Shown one piece after another: positions 8,749 through 17,615 of a DNA stretch of 32,070 nucleotides. The DNA is from Candidatus Omnitrophota bacterium (GTDB lineage Bacteria; Omnitrophota; Gorgyraeia; Zapsychrales; JBDRMG01), in NCBI GenBank assembly GCA_043812495.1, contig JBDRMG010000041.1:1-32070 (forward strand). Direction: 5' to 3'. Below the pieces are notes generated by a model that made no database searches, was not told the origin of the DNA, and was given only the letters and a program-made list of their open reading frames with translations. Every line of letters starts with the position of its first letter. The first letter of the stretch is position 1. The position numbers and the translations under genes were made by a program.

Positions 8749-9843
8749 GTGACTATCGCCTTTTGTTTCCGGATCTGTCTTCGGATTTCACCCATAGTTA
8801 AAAATTTTAAAATAACATACGTAAATACCATAAGTAAAATCAGGAATATAACGACGTCTTTTTTGTTTCTCGGGACGACTTCGCTTCTTGCGAACAAATA
8901 CTACACCGTCATTGATTCTTTGAATCCTCTTTTCTTTAGCGCAAGCTCCGGGCGTATCATCGGAATCGGCCTAACCATCCTTTTGTTCCTTAACCATGTT
9001 TATCATACGCCCCCCCCCCCCCCCAGAAAACCACTGCCCTTAATATTCTTTGTCCTCACAGCCTTGGGATTAACGGCCTCTGTGATTTCCAATTCTTTTA
9101 TGTTTATTATTTACGCAGTCTTTTTGTATCTCTGTCAGTTCATAAATAATGATGGTGGACTCAAGCATGAAGACTCAAAAAAATCCCTCCTGACTTTTTT
9201 GCCTTTGGTCGTTGTTCTGTCTAGCATTACAACTATGGTTTTGTTATACGTTTTGCCTTTTGATCAAAACGCAGCGCATGTGCTGCGTGCCGTACTGGTC
9301 ACCGTAAATGGTTGTCTATTCGCCGGTTGGTTTCTGGGTAAGTTTTTATCATCCTTGCGCCAAAAGTCCTTTGGCTGGAAACATAAAAATCTCACCATGA
9401 CGTGGCCAATCGTATGCATTATGATTTCAACGCTTGCGGGACTGCTTTTTCTAGGAAATGTCTTTACAAAAAAATCGGTAAGTAAGAAGGTATTCGCACC
9501 CATTTTCACGCAGGCTCAACAATGGCGTTACTCGAAACTAAAAAAAGTCGGCCTCAAAGGAGATTTCTCTCTGGGAGATCATCACATCACTTCCCGCAAA
9601 GATCCTTCGGAGAATTATTCGGCTTATGAATACGAAAAAGGCGGAAATTATTTTGTGGCGACGTTCTCCGGCGTTCTATGGCTCTGGGGGCTTGTCTTGT
9701 TTTTATGGCTCAGGACGGGCAGGTACAAGAAATGGATTCTTTGCCGGGACCGCGATGCTTATTATTCCAACTTGGTGTGGATTGTTATGATCCCTGCTGT
9801 TTTCTTACTTATTGGTTTTATTAACGCAGGCGTGACTTATTAA
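8749..9843 (+). CDS. Hypothetical polytopic membrane protein containing a C15 tract (start uncertain)
   Basis: 364-codon ORF with many hydrophobic segments and no good SD at GTG 8749. The poly-C at 9010-9024 encodes PPPPP. Confidence 0.6.
   Translation: MTIAFCFRICLRISPIVKNFKITYVNTISKIRNITTSFLFLGTTSLLANKYYTVIDSLNPLFFSASSGRIIGIGLTILLFLNHVYHTPPPPPRKPLPLIFFVLTALGLTASVISNSFMFIIYAVFLYLCQFINNDGGLKHEDSKKSLLTFLPLVVVLSSITTMVLLYVLPFDQNAAHVLRAVLVTVNGCLFAGWFLGKFLSSLRQKSFGWKHKNLTMTWPIVCIMISTLAGLLFLGNVFTKKSVSKKVFAPIFTQAQQWRYSKLKKVGLKGDFSLGDHHITSRKDPSENYSAYEYEKGGNYFVATFSGVLWLWGLVLFLWLRTGRYKKWILCRDRDAYYSNLVWIVMIPAVFLLIGFINAGVTY
9010..9024 (+). repeat. C15 homopolymer (simple sequence repeat)
   Basis: 15 consecutive C, the longest G/C run seen in the window. 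Confidence 0.9.
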
Positions 9844-10090
9844 AAATCGCGCTTTTTGGAAATTCCTCTTTATGTGACCATGTTTTTTGTCTCTTTATCT
9901 GATTACCAGATGGCTCAATAAAGCCCAGTATAAATTTCTTGGGCTCTTTATTCTCCTCTATGCAATCATTCCTTTTATCGTCACCCAGCGACCTCAGCAA
10001 ATCCTGGCCAACCTGAAGCTGTTGCTTAACCTATTGCATTTTTCATAATCTCATTGGATTTCCGAAAAAAGATCTTAGGCGGGTAAAGGC

Positions 10091-11992
10091 TTAAAAATTT
10101 ATTCTCCCGCCGGTGCGAAGCTCATAAGCCCACGCCAATAACGCATCTTTGCTGATGACGAAAATGTTGTTCTTTTCGAATAATCTGTATTCTTTAGGAA
10201 TATCACGCAAAGCAAAGGTTTCTCTCATCCGAACAAGGCGCTGGATGAACGGATTAAACGGATAAAAATAAAAACTTCCGCGCTTTAAAAAGTCCTTCTC
10301 AAAATCACCCTCACGTACAACCAAATAATCAATATGATGATCCAGGCAATACTTATAGGTTAAAAGAGGATTGTCCGCGTAGTAAAGGTCGAAAAAGATG
10401 AATAAACGCTTTTTGATCGTGTTCCAGTATTTGTCAAAAAGGGGGACCGCTGTTTCATCATTAACAAATACTTTTCTCTGTGCATAAAGAGGAATATTAT
10501 CCGCCAGAAGCGGATGGGCCGCGATCATGACGTTTCTGGGCAGTGTATTTAAATAATGATATAAATCTTGATTGGCAGATTCATCGATCAAATAAGATCC
10601 TCGATCGATATGAAAAGACGCTAACAGCAAAAAAATAACGAGAACCTGGCATATTCTTTTTAAGTGATCGGTTTTGATTTTTGTCATCAGTTGTCCGAGC
10701 GTAACGGAAAATAAAAGCAAACTGATTATGGGAACCGGATACGCAATATATCGATTGGGCACATAAAGTTTAAATAAGAATATGTCGGCCAGTTTATACA
10801 TCAAAACGCTTGAAAGCAGCAAAAACCATAACGCGGCTGGAAAACAAATTCTTTTCTTAAATGCTTCCCATGCCACGAAGAAAATCATTGCCAATAAGAT
10901 CAGCCAAAAGCCGAATGTCCTTAAAGGTTTCGATAATTTCTGCGAATATTTGGAAATGGATAAGAAGAAGATGTTGCCCTCTTCGGTGTTTTTCTCAACC
11001 TCAAAATGCAAGGGGGCAATGGGAAGCCCGTGGTTCCATCGGCCGATGCCCCGGTAAAACTCGGGCTGATGCAGCATTTCTTTTTTGGTAAATGCCTTGC
11101 CGATTTGCAGATCATAAGACAGCAAATGTTTGGGTCCCAAAATCAAACCGCAAATCACAATTGATAAAAGAAAGTATTTGAGCCCCCGGGGAATTCTTTC
11201 CGAGGGGCTCACCCTGCCCGCCCCGCCGCTTCGCGGCGAAAGCCGCGGGCCGGGGAGCGAGCCCGAAGGGCGAGTCGAAGGGTCTCTGGTTAATGGATCC
11301 TTCGACTCCGTCTCGACTAAAGTCGGGGCTCCGCTCAGGATTTCGGGGTCGGAAACACCCCGACCCCTCAAGTATTTAATCTTTGGATTTGATAATTGGA
11401 AGGATTTCTTGTGAAACGGAATCTCGATAAACGAAAAAAGATAGATCAGGATGCTCAGCAGAAAAACCATGGGATAAAACAAACACTGTAAAATAAGGGC
11501 TAAAAGTGTCTTAGCGTAATCTTTTTTGATGAAATAATAAAGAAACATCACCAGAAAAGGATAAGCAAAGGTCCTTGTTAAGCCGCCGGCCATGCGGCTT
11601 GCGTACGTGGGGGTCAGAAGAAAAACCAAAGCCGACAAAAATCCGACATAATTTCCGGCGATCTCGCGGCCGATTTTAAAAATATAATAAGCGGCCAGAG
11701 TCAGAAGAAAAATCGTTAAAAGCGTTCCGAAGAAAACAGGTTCAAAGAAAAAACTTGATAGATAATATAGAAAATTATATCCCCATGGCCAGCTGTATTT
11801 GGCGGCTTGTGTGAGTAAATCATCCTTAAAAAGCTCGGCATCCTGATACTGCGGCACCCAATAGCTGTTGACGCGCACATCATCCGCCACGATATATTTG
11901 TTTAGAAGCGAAGGGTAATAAAAATATACCGCAAAGCCGATAGCCAAAAGGATAACGAATATTGCGATCTGCTTTTCGTTTACTTTAATCAT
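10091..11992 (-). CDS. GT-C-like polytopic membrane protein (putative glycosyltransferase) carrying a 66-aa in-frame insertion
   Basis: N-terminal TM then an acidic DD loop (IVADDVR), ~11 TMs and a soluble C-terminal domain (DLYHYLNTLP..IDYLVV). The start ATG 11992 overlaps the upstream stop. Confidence 0.75.
   Translation of the reverse strand: MIKVNEKQIAIFVILLAIGFAVYFYYPSLLNKYIVADDVRVNSYWVPQYQDAELFKDDLLTQAAKYSWPWGYNFLYYLSSFFFEPVFFGTLLTIFLLTLAAYYIFKIGREIAGNYVGFLSALVFLLTPTYASRMAGGLTRTFAYPFLVMFLYYFIKKDYAKTLLALILQCLFYPMVFLLSILIYLFSFIEIPFHKKSFQLSNPKIKYLRGRGVSDPEILSGAPTLVETESKDPLTRDPSTRPSGSLPGPRLSPRSGGAGRVSPSERIPRGLKYFLLSIVICGLILGPKHLLSYDLQIGKAFTKKEMLHQPEFYRGIGRWNHGLPIAPLHFEVEKNTEEGNIFFLSISKYSQKLSKPLRTFGFWLILLAMIFFVAWEAFKKRICFPAALWFLLLSSVLMYKLADIFLFKLYVPNRYIAYPVPIISLLLFSVTLGQLMTKIKTDHLKRICQVLVIFLLLASFHIDRGSYLIDESANQDLYHYLNTLPRNVMIAAHPLLADNIPLYAQRKVFVNDETAVPLFDKYWNTIKKRLFIFFDLYYADNPLLTYKYCLDHHIDYLVVREGDFEKDFLKRGSFYFYPFNPFIQRLVRMRETFALRDIPKEYRLFEKNNIFVISKDALLAWAYELRTGGRINF
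11172..11377. mobile_element. 190-bp nested palindromic element (11180-11369) with 8-bp target duplication, in frame within a CDS
   Basis: AAGTATTT at 11172-11179 and 11370-11377, 198 bp apart. About 68% GC by hand count, with several hairpins. Confidence 0.85.
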
Positions 11993-13481
11993 TTTCTTGG
12001 GCATCCGGCCTTCGAATATCAATAATTCTTATCACCGGATTGCTAAAGGCAAAGGTTTTGAATACCGGCTTGATTTCTTCGTAAGGGTAGTTGAATAATT
12101 CCTTGTAGCGCTCATAGGCGCGGTAAACTTCTTCATCCTGGCCTTTAAGCTTATGCGCAAAAAAATAGCGCTCATACTGAAAGCTGCTCGCCACAAGATA
12201 GGTATACCCCAGGCGCTGCCAGGTCCGGACATCATAATCAGCAAGCGACTTAACAAAAAAATAGGGAAAAACGTATTGCTCGCACATGATTTTGTCCGTC
12301 GACTTTGTCATCCACTCAATCGCTTGTTCGCGCGTGTCCTTGTTCAAATTAAAAGTGAGCTTCATGGAATCATAAAATGGCAGCCAAAGGATCATCAGGC
12401 AAAGAACCGCGACGACAGCCATAGCGATCTTCTTCTGATCCATTCTCTTTTGAATCAATAGGATGCTTTTTACGGCAAAATACACAAATGCGGGAACTGC
12501 CGGAATCACGTGCCGGGAGAAATCCGGAAAGGCCTTCATGGGTGTCAGCTCAACCGCAAAATAAAACAGCAATCCGTAAACCAATAAGATTTTTTCCTGC
12601 CAGGGAATTTTCCGCCAATGGATGAGCGAATAAATTATTCCACTTAGGGCTAGCCCCAAGAGAATCCATGTCAATCCCGGCAAAAGACTATACACAAGAT
12701 GAAAGCCGAAAAAAAACGGCCAAGGATACATTTTGACATCATGACCTTGGATGACATGCTGCGTATTCCAAGAAACGGATTCTTTGAAGGTCTGAAAATC
12801 CCAAAAGACCGGATAATTAATGGCGCAAAATATAATGACGGCGACGAGAAGAGTTAAGAGGAGATTGAGAAAATACCGGCGATAACGCGCGGACAGGACA
12901 AATAAAGGAATGGCAAAATAAAAAGGAATCAACAATATTCCTTTGTACTGACTGGATAAAGCGAGCCCGGTTGCGATCCCAAGCCAAAGACCGTTCACAA
13001 GACTATAATTCTCAGCATAGCGCAGCAAAAAGAACAGAGAAAGCATGGCAAAATACGTAAAGATAATATCCTCTTTGAAGTAATGGGCGTGAATCACAAT
13101 AATGGGCGATGCGGCTAGCGTTAAAGCGGCCATCAGGGCATACGGTTTGTCCAAGCAAAAGCGGAAAACAAGATAAGAAAATAAAATGAGAAGGACGCCG
13201 AAGACAGCGGTGGACATACGGCCTAAACGAACAATCTTATTATGGTCTTTGAAATCAAAGAGCCGGTTGGCCACCCGCACCACCTGAAGCATCAACAGCG
13301 GATGATGAAAGTCGTTTCCGCCTTTCTGAATAAATTTTACTTTTTTGGGTTCATCCACATGATACCCGAAGGAGAAATCATTGTTCCACATGTTCAAAAA
13401 AAGAGAAATCAGAAGAACCCCGCAAAGGACAAATAATTCCTGGGCCTTAGAGAGTTTCATGAAGCCGTTTTTATTTGTCAT
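11985..13481 (-). CDS. Glycosyltransferase family 39/83-like (PMT_2/ArnT-type, GT-C fold)
   Basis: FGYHVDE, FHHPLLM, LGRMSTAVFG, HAHYFKED and GLALSSQYKG. The start ATG 13481 is coupled to the upstream stop. Confidence 0.8.
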   Translation of the reverse strand: MTNKNGFMKLSKAQELFVLCGVLLISLFLNMWNNDFSFGYHVDEPKKVKFIQKGGNDFHHPLLMLQVVRVANRLFDFKDHNKIVRLGRMSTAVFGVLLILFSYLVFRFCLDKPYALMAALTLAASPIIVIHAHYFKEDIIFTYFAMLSLFFLLRYAENYSLVNGLWLGIATGLALSSQYKGILLIPFYFAIPLFVLSARYRRYFLNLLLTLLVAVIIFCAINYPVFWDFQTFKESVSWNTQHVIQGHDVKMYPWPFFFGFHLVYSLLPGLTWILLGLALSGIIYSLIHWRKIPWQEKILLVYGLLFYFAVELTPMKAFPDFSRHVIPAVPAFVYFAVKSILLIQKRMDQKKIAMAVVAVLCLMILWLPFYDSMKLTFNLNKDTREQAIEWMTKSTDKIMCEQYVFPYFFVKSLADYDVRTWQRLGYTYLVASSFQYERYFFAHKLKGQDEEVYRAYERYKELFNYPYEEIKPVFKTFAFSNPVIRIIDIRRPDAQEND

Positions 13482-15300
13482 AATATCTTTCGGTGCTATA
13501 CGCCTTGCCTTCCAATTGTCTTTTTTGATACAAAGAAAGCACTTTGTATCGCAGCATTTCGATTCCAAAACCACCCACAAAAAGGCGCATTGTCATATCT
13601 CCGTATTGAATGACCTTGACGATCTGATCCCGCTCTGAAACCGGATAATCAGGCCCTTCATTGTAGCTCGAGAGCCAAAGGGTCCGCCTTAAGTCGAAAT
13701 CACCCAGACCATTAAAATTCTTTATTCCTCCATATGTGCAAGGCATGCCGTAAATCATAATATTCATCTTCTTGTGTACAAATCCCATCTCGGGAAAAGC
13801 CAGCATCTGGGCATACATATGGGGAGCGCCGATCGTCCAGTGCGCAAACTTCTCTTCTAGAAACTCCGCCAATTTCATTTGCATCTTCAAATCGATACGG
13901 TACTGCAGGCTTCTTTCTAAGAGAACATGATAGCTGTAATCAATCTGCGGCTGTAAGAATCCGTAGGAACAGAACAAAGAGATGATAATCGCCGCACTCA
14001 GGCCGGCTTTAATGAATTTTTCCTTTTGAAGAAGAGCTCTGGAAGAAAAAAATACGCAGAACACCAGAAACGGATACGCCAATAATTGATAACGGGGACT
14101 CACCGAATAAGACTGCAGATACAAACCAAACCATGCCCCTAGGCAAACAAACATCACGATAGGAATATAATACTTCTCAAAAAAGTCCATTTTGAGCTTT
14201 TCCCTGCCTTGCGCATCAAGAAATTTCTCTTTGATAAAAAGTCCTGCGAAAACAAGAAAGCTTAAAGCGGAAATATAGGTGATCATAAAAACTTTTAAAG
14301 ACGGCCAACCTTGAAAAAGGCCCACCATATCAATCTTGTCCTGAACGCTAAAGACAATATGGACCGCCGCATACAGGGCCGCCGAAAATAACATGCCCCC
14401 CAGTCCCCAAAGCAAATTCTTTATTTTTAAACGATGGACCTTGTCGAAAAAAAACATATAAAGACTGATCATAAAAACTGTTGCGCAGACAAGAACCCCC
14501 ACGCCCTTGACCATGGTCGCGCCAATGGCAAAAAGCATGGCCTTCGGCATATCTTTGCCGGCCAGAAAATAGATGGAAAGAATCGCAAAAATCAGCGTTG
14601 GGATTTCCATATTGATGGCCTCGACTTGGCTCTGAAACAACGGCAAAGATAAAAGCAGAATCGCACCCAAAAGGGCGAATTCGGCAGGATAGAGTTTCCG
14701 AAATATCTCCCTAAGAAGAGAAACGATCCAAGCACCCAGCGCAAAAACAATCAAATGATTCACGACAAGAAATGTTTTCACATGCGGGATGAATTTCATC
14801 AAAAGAGCCTGGAATGTCGGATAAATCGAAAACAAATAGACTTTGGGACCACCGGAAATAAAATCCGACTGTTTGGCCAAATCCAGATAGTTAAAGGAAT
14901 GCTTGAAAAGCCACAGGCTTTCGGCGAAAGGTCCGCCGATCGCATCCCCGTACGGCGGATAAAAAAGAACTTCCGGTCTTGATAAAATCAAATAACCGGA
15001 TACGGCCCAAGCAAAAACTTTCGCATTGGAATCTTTCAAAAAGCGTAAGGATAAAATCAAGAAAGCCGTACCGCTTAAAAGCATCCACAAGGGGCCGAAG
15101 ATCATCTGTTCTGTTTTTCCTTGATAAAAATCCAAGGATTGCGCTTCCCGGGCACCGCTCAAGCGGTTCAGGAGGCTAATTTTGTTTTCTTGAAATAAAT
15201 TCTCAATCAAAGAAGAAAAGGACAACTTCACAAAAAAGGAAAAAACAAGCAATAAAACGATTGCGCTTAAAATCAGGATGTCGTTGCGTTGTTTTTGCAT
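13471..15300 (-). CDS. Polytopic membrane protein, probable GT-C glycosyltransferase
   Basis: 609 aa with many TMs, PPYGD loop, NMEIP, ATMVKG and PRY motif before a soluble C-terminal domain. Confidence 0.65.
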   Translation of the reverse strand: MQKQRNDILILSAIVLLLVFSFFVKLSFSSLIENLFQENKISLLNRLSGAREAQSLDFYQGKTEQMIFGPLWMLLSGTAFLILSLRFLKDSNAKVFAWAVSGYLILSRPEVLFYPPYGDAIGGPFAESLWLFKHSFNYLDLAKQSDFISGGPKVYLFSIYPTFQALLMKFIPHVKTFLVVNHLIVFALGAWIVSLLREIFRKLYPAEFALLGAILLLSLPLFQSQVEAINMEIPTLIFAILSIYFLAGKDMPKAMLFAIGATMVKGVGVLVCATVFMISLYMFFFDKVHRLKIKNLLWGLGGMLFSAALYAAVHIVFSVQDKIDMVGLFQGWPSLKVFMITYISALSFLVFAGLFIKEKFLDAQGREKLKMDFFEKYYIPIVMFVCLGAWFGLYLQSYSVSPRYQLLAYPFLVFCVFFSSRALLQKEKFIKAGLSAAIIISLFCSYGFLQPQIDYSYHVLLERSLQYRIDLKMQMKLAEFLEEKFAHWTIGAPHMYAQMLAFPEMGFVHKKMNIMIYGMPCTYGGIKNFNGLGDFDLRRTLWLSSYNEGPDYPVSERDQIVKVIQYGDMTMRLFVGGFGIEMLRYKVLSLYQKRQLEGKAYSTERYYDK

Positions 15301-15353
15301 AAGGCGGGAGAATTACAAGTATGTCTATATAGAAATTTATTCGATTATACAAA

Positions 15354-15540
15354 TAAACGCGAATTTACGCAGATCTAACGCAGATGGTCGCAGATAAATG
15401 TATGCCTAACGATAAAAATAGAATCTGCGAAAATCTGCCCGCCTCGGCCTTTGGCCTCATCGAGGCCGGGCGTTTGATCTTGCCTGCTCGCCTGTCTGCC
15501 GACAGGCAGCAGGCAAGCAGGCGCGTGAATCTGCGTTCAA
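15354..15540. repeat. CGCAGAT/ATCTGCG element, copy 1 (two nested palindromic inserts)
   Basis: Four CGC(A/G)(G/A)AT units, then ATCTGC units. Highly similar to 19761-19902, plus an extra 42 bp at 15481-15522. Confidence 0.85.
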
Positions 15541-15632
15541 GTCAACTTCCTTTTCTACATTTTGGCATGTCCTAATTCTCTGCAATTTAATTTAAAAAAA
15601 ATAGAATAACATTTCCGGAGATCTGTTTATTT

Positions 15633-16013
15633 CTACTTATTCAGAAAATAAATGCCGAGAACAACCAGGATAATACCGATAAATTTCAAAGACGTCATTT
15701 GCTCGCCGAGAACAAAGACAGCCAGGATGATCAGGATAAGAAAATTCAATCCCACCTGGGCCGGGTACGCGACCGTGATATCCATGCGCGATAAAGCGAT
15801 CGCAAATAAAAAGGGAGCCGCAAAAAACAAGACGAGACCCAGGATCACCAAAGGTGATCTGATAAAAAGAAGAAAGTACGCAAAGACGGATCTTAAGGAA
15901 TCGCACTTAATGGCTCCCATCTCATTGAGACGCCATTTGATGATAAACACGCCGCCCGCATTACACAGCACGCTTAAAATCAGCATGCCCCAGGTTAAGA
16001 AAAGGCTATTCAT
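15633..16013 (-). CDS. SMR/EamA-type small 4-TM transporter (ArnE/ArnF-like flippase)
   Basis: 126 aa with 4 TMs, ALSRMDITVAYP and FVLGEQMT..KFIGIILVVLG. Confidence 0.8.
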   Translation of the reverse strand: MNSLFLTWGMLILSVLCNAGGVFIIKWRLNEMGAIKCDSLRSVFAYFLLFIRSPLVILGLVLFFAAPFLFAIALSRMDITVAYPAQVGLNFLILIILAVFVLGEQMTSLKFIGIILVVLGIYFLNK

Positions 16014-16044
16014 TAAAAACCTCTCTGTTCATCAATGGGGTTGA

Positions 16045-16962
16045 CTATTCAATGGTATATTCGATGACATACGGCGGCCGTTTGCGCGATTCATCGTAGG
16101 TACGCCAAAGATATTCGCCTAAGATTCCCAGCATCATCATCTGAATGCCGCCAATGACTAAAACAGCGACGATCAATGATGACCAACCTTCCACCGGAGC
16201 ACCGTACAAGAAACACCATAAAACATACGCCGCATAGATAAAACCTAAAAGGGCGGTGCAAAATCCGATCACGCTCATATAGCGGATGGGAATATCGCTA
16301 AAGGACAAAAGAGAATCGATGGTGAGTTTAATCTTTTTGCCGAGCGTCCATTTGGATTGTCCTTTGTGGCGTGCTTCTTTGACGTAAAAAATCGACGCCT
16401 GGGGAAACCCGAGCCAGGCGAGCGTCATAAAAATCGAAGAATGTTTTTCGGGAACCTTTTTGAGGGCTTCGATCACCACGCGATCAATCAAAAAGACGTC
16501 CGCGCCTGAAGGCGGCACCTTGACATTCGTCAGCCAGTTCATCAGGGCATAATAGAGACCCGCGCAAAGTTTTGTGGTCGAGCTCTCTCCTTTTCGTTTT
16601 GTGCGTACTCCCCAAACGATCTTGACGTTGTCCTTCCGGGCATCAAGTAAATCCTTGATGATTTCCGGCGGGTCCTGAAGATCCGCTCCCAGGACGATCG
16701 CGCAATCACCATGCGCGTAGGCTAATCCCGCGTTTAAAGCCGCGTGACTTCCGCAGTTACGGGCAAAACGGATAATTTTGATTCTCGGGTCTTTGTTGCG
16801 CAGTTCTTTAAGAATCTCCGGAGAATGATCCGTGGAGCAATCATCGACAAAAATGAATTCAAAATCCTGAGGGTTCATTTTACTAATGGCTGTGCACAAA
16901 CGCTCGTACAAAGCCTGGAGATTGCCTTGTTCGTTAAAAACAGGGAAAATGACAGTGATCAT
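16045..16962 (-). CDS. GT2 polyprenyl-phosphate glycosyltransferase (ArnC/GtrB-like)
   Basis: VIFPVFNE, FVDDCSTD, RNCGSHAA, ADLQDPP, two C-terminal TMs and LGEYLWR..RPPY. Confidence 0.9.
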   Translation of the reverse strand: MITVIFPVFNEQGNLQALYERLCTAISKMNPQDFEFIFVDDCSTDHSPEILKELRNKDPRIKIIRFARNCGSHAALNAGLAYAHGDCAIVLGADLQDPPEIIKDLLDARKDNVKIVWGVRTKRKGESSTTKLCAGLYYALMNWLTNVKVPPSGADVFLIDRVVIEALKKVPEKHSSIFMTLAWLGFPQASIFYVKEARHKGQSKWTLGKKIKLTIDSLLSFSDIPIRYMSVIGFCTALLGFIYAAYVLWCFLYGAPVEGWSSLIVAVLVIGGIQMMMLGILGEYLWRTYDESRKRPPYVIEYTIE

Positions 16963-17615
16963 TTTTGTACCTTCCTTATGATTTTGGCCGGATTGCCTGC
17001 GGCCACAACTTCTTTGTCGAGATTGGCAATAACGTTTGAACCAATACCCACAAGGCTTTTTTCACCAATGGTAATTTGATCACGGATGCTTGTCCGTGAG
17101 CCGATATAGCAATTGGATTGGATAGTCACAGAGCCGGACACGGAAACATTGGAACCGATGCAGGTATAATCGCCGATTTGGCTATCATGTGAAAGTACCG
17201 TATGCGGCAAAACAATACAGTGATTCCCGATGGAAACGCCGCAGCTGACCACCACATAGGGCATCAAAAGCGTATTATAACCTATTTTGGCATCGGCCGA
17301 AATATTGACCGTGGGATGAATAATGGTCGCAAACCGGGATGGGTCTATCTTGAGGCTATCAATAATCTCTTTTCGCTTAAAATAATTTTCGGGATTTCCC
17401 GGAACCGCGAGAACAAAGGCATCCGGAAAGTCTTTGAGTTTTTCTTTGCCGCCCAGCACTTTAATGCCGTTGAGCTCTTTTTCTTTATGCGATGGATTAT
17501 CGTCGAGAAAACCGCAAACATCCCATTCCATTTTTTCTTTGTTAATATCCTGGATGGTCCCGAGGGCCTCTTTGGCGTTTCCGCCGAATGGAAAAAGAAT
17601 TAATTTCTTAGACAT
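16959..17615 (-). CDS. Sugar N/O-acetyltransferase, NeuD/PglD family (hexapeptide repeats)
   Basis: GGNAKE, GFLDD, ATIIHP, left-handed beta-helix repeats and AGNPAK. Confidence 0.9.
   Translation of the reverse strand: MSKKLILFPFGGNAKEALGTIQDINKEKMEWDVCGFLDDNPSHKEKELNGIKVLGGKEKLKDFPDAFVLAVPGNPENYFKRKEIIDSLKIDPSRFATIIHPTVNISADAKIGYNTLLMPYVVVSCGVSIGNHCIVLPHTVLSHDSQIGDYTCIGSNVSVSGSVTIQSNCYIGSRTSIRDQITIGEKSLVGIGSNVIANLDKEVVAAGNPAKIIRKVQK

Noticed and set aside
8691..8897. 68-aa minus-strand ORF with a TM-like stretch
   Set aside because: It overlaps the longer plus-strand membrane ORF, has a TTG start without SD and no family signal. It cannot be supported, though not strictly excluded.
9917..9952. 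Hairpin AATAAAGCCCAG..TTGGGCTCTTTATT as a fifth scaffold copy
   Set aside because: It is preceded by CTCAATA but lacks the AATTGACCCC/GGGG module. It is more likely an imperfect terminator between convergent genes.
11180..11369. Intein or group I/II intron
   Set aside because: The peptide lacks intein termini (C/S...HN), and the insert is too short and lacks recognisable intron ends. An 8-bp target duplication points to DNA insertion.
11130..11414. 94-aa plus-strand ORF across the insertion as an element-encoded protein
   Set aside because: It is the antisense read of a GC-rich palindromic insert and starts and stops in host-gene sequence. It has no transposase motif.
15384..15575. 63-aa plus-strand ORF
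   Set aside because: It is a translation of the CGCAGAT repeat element.
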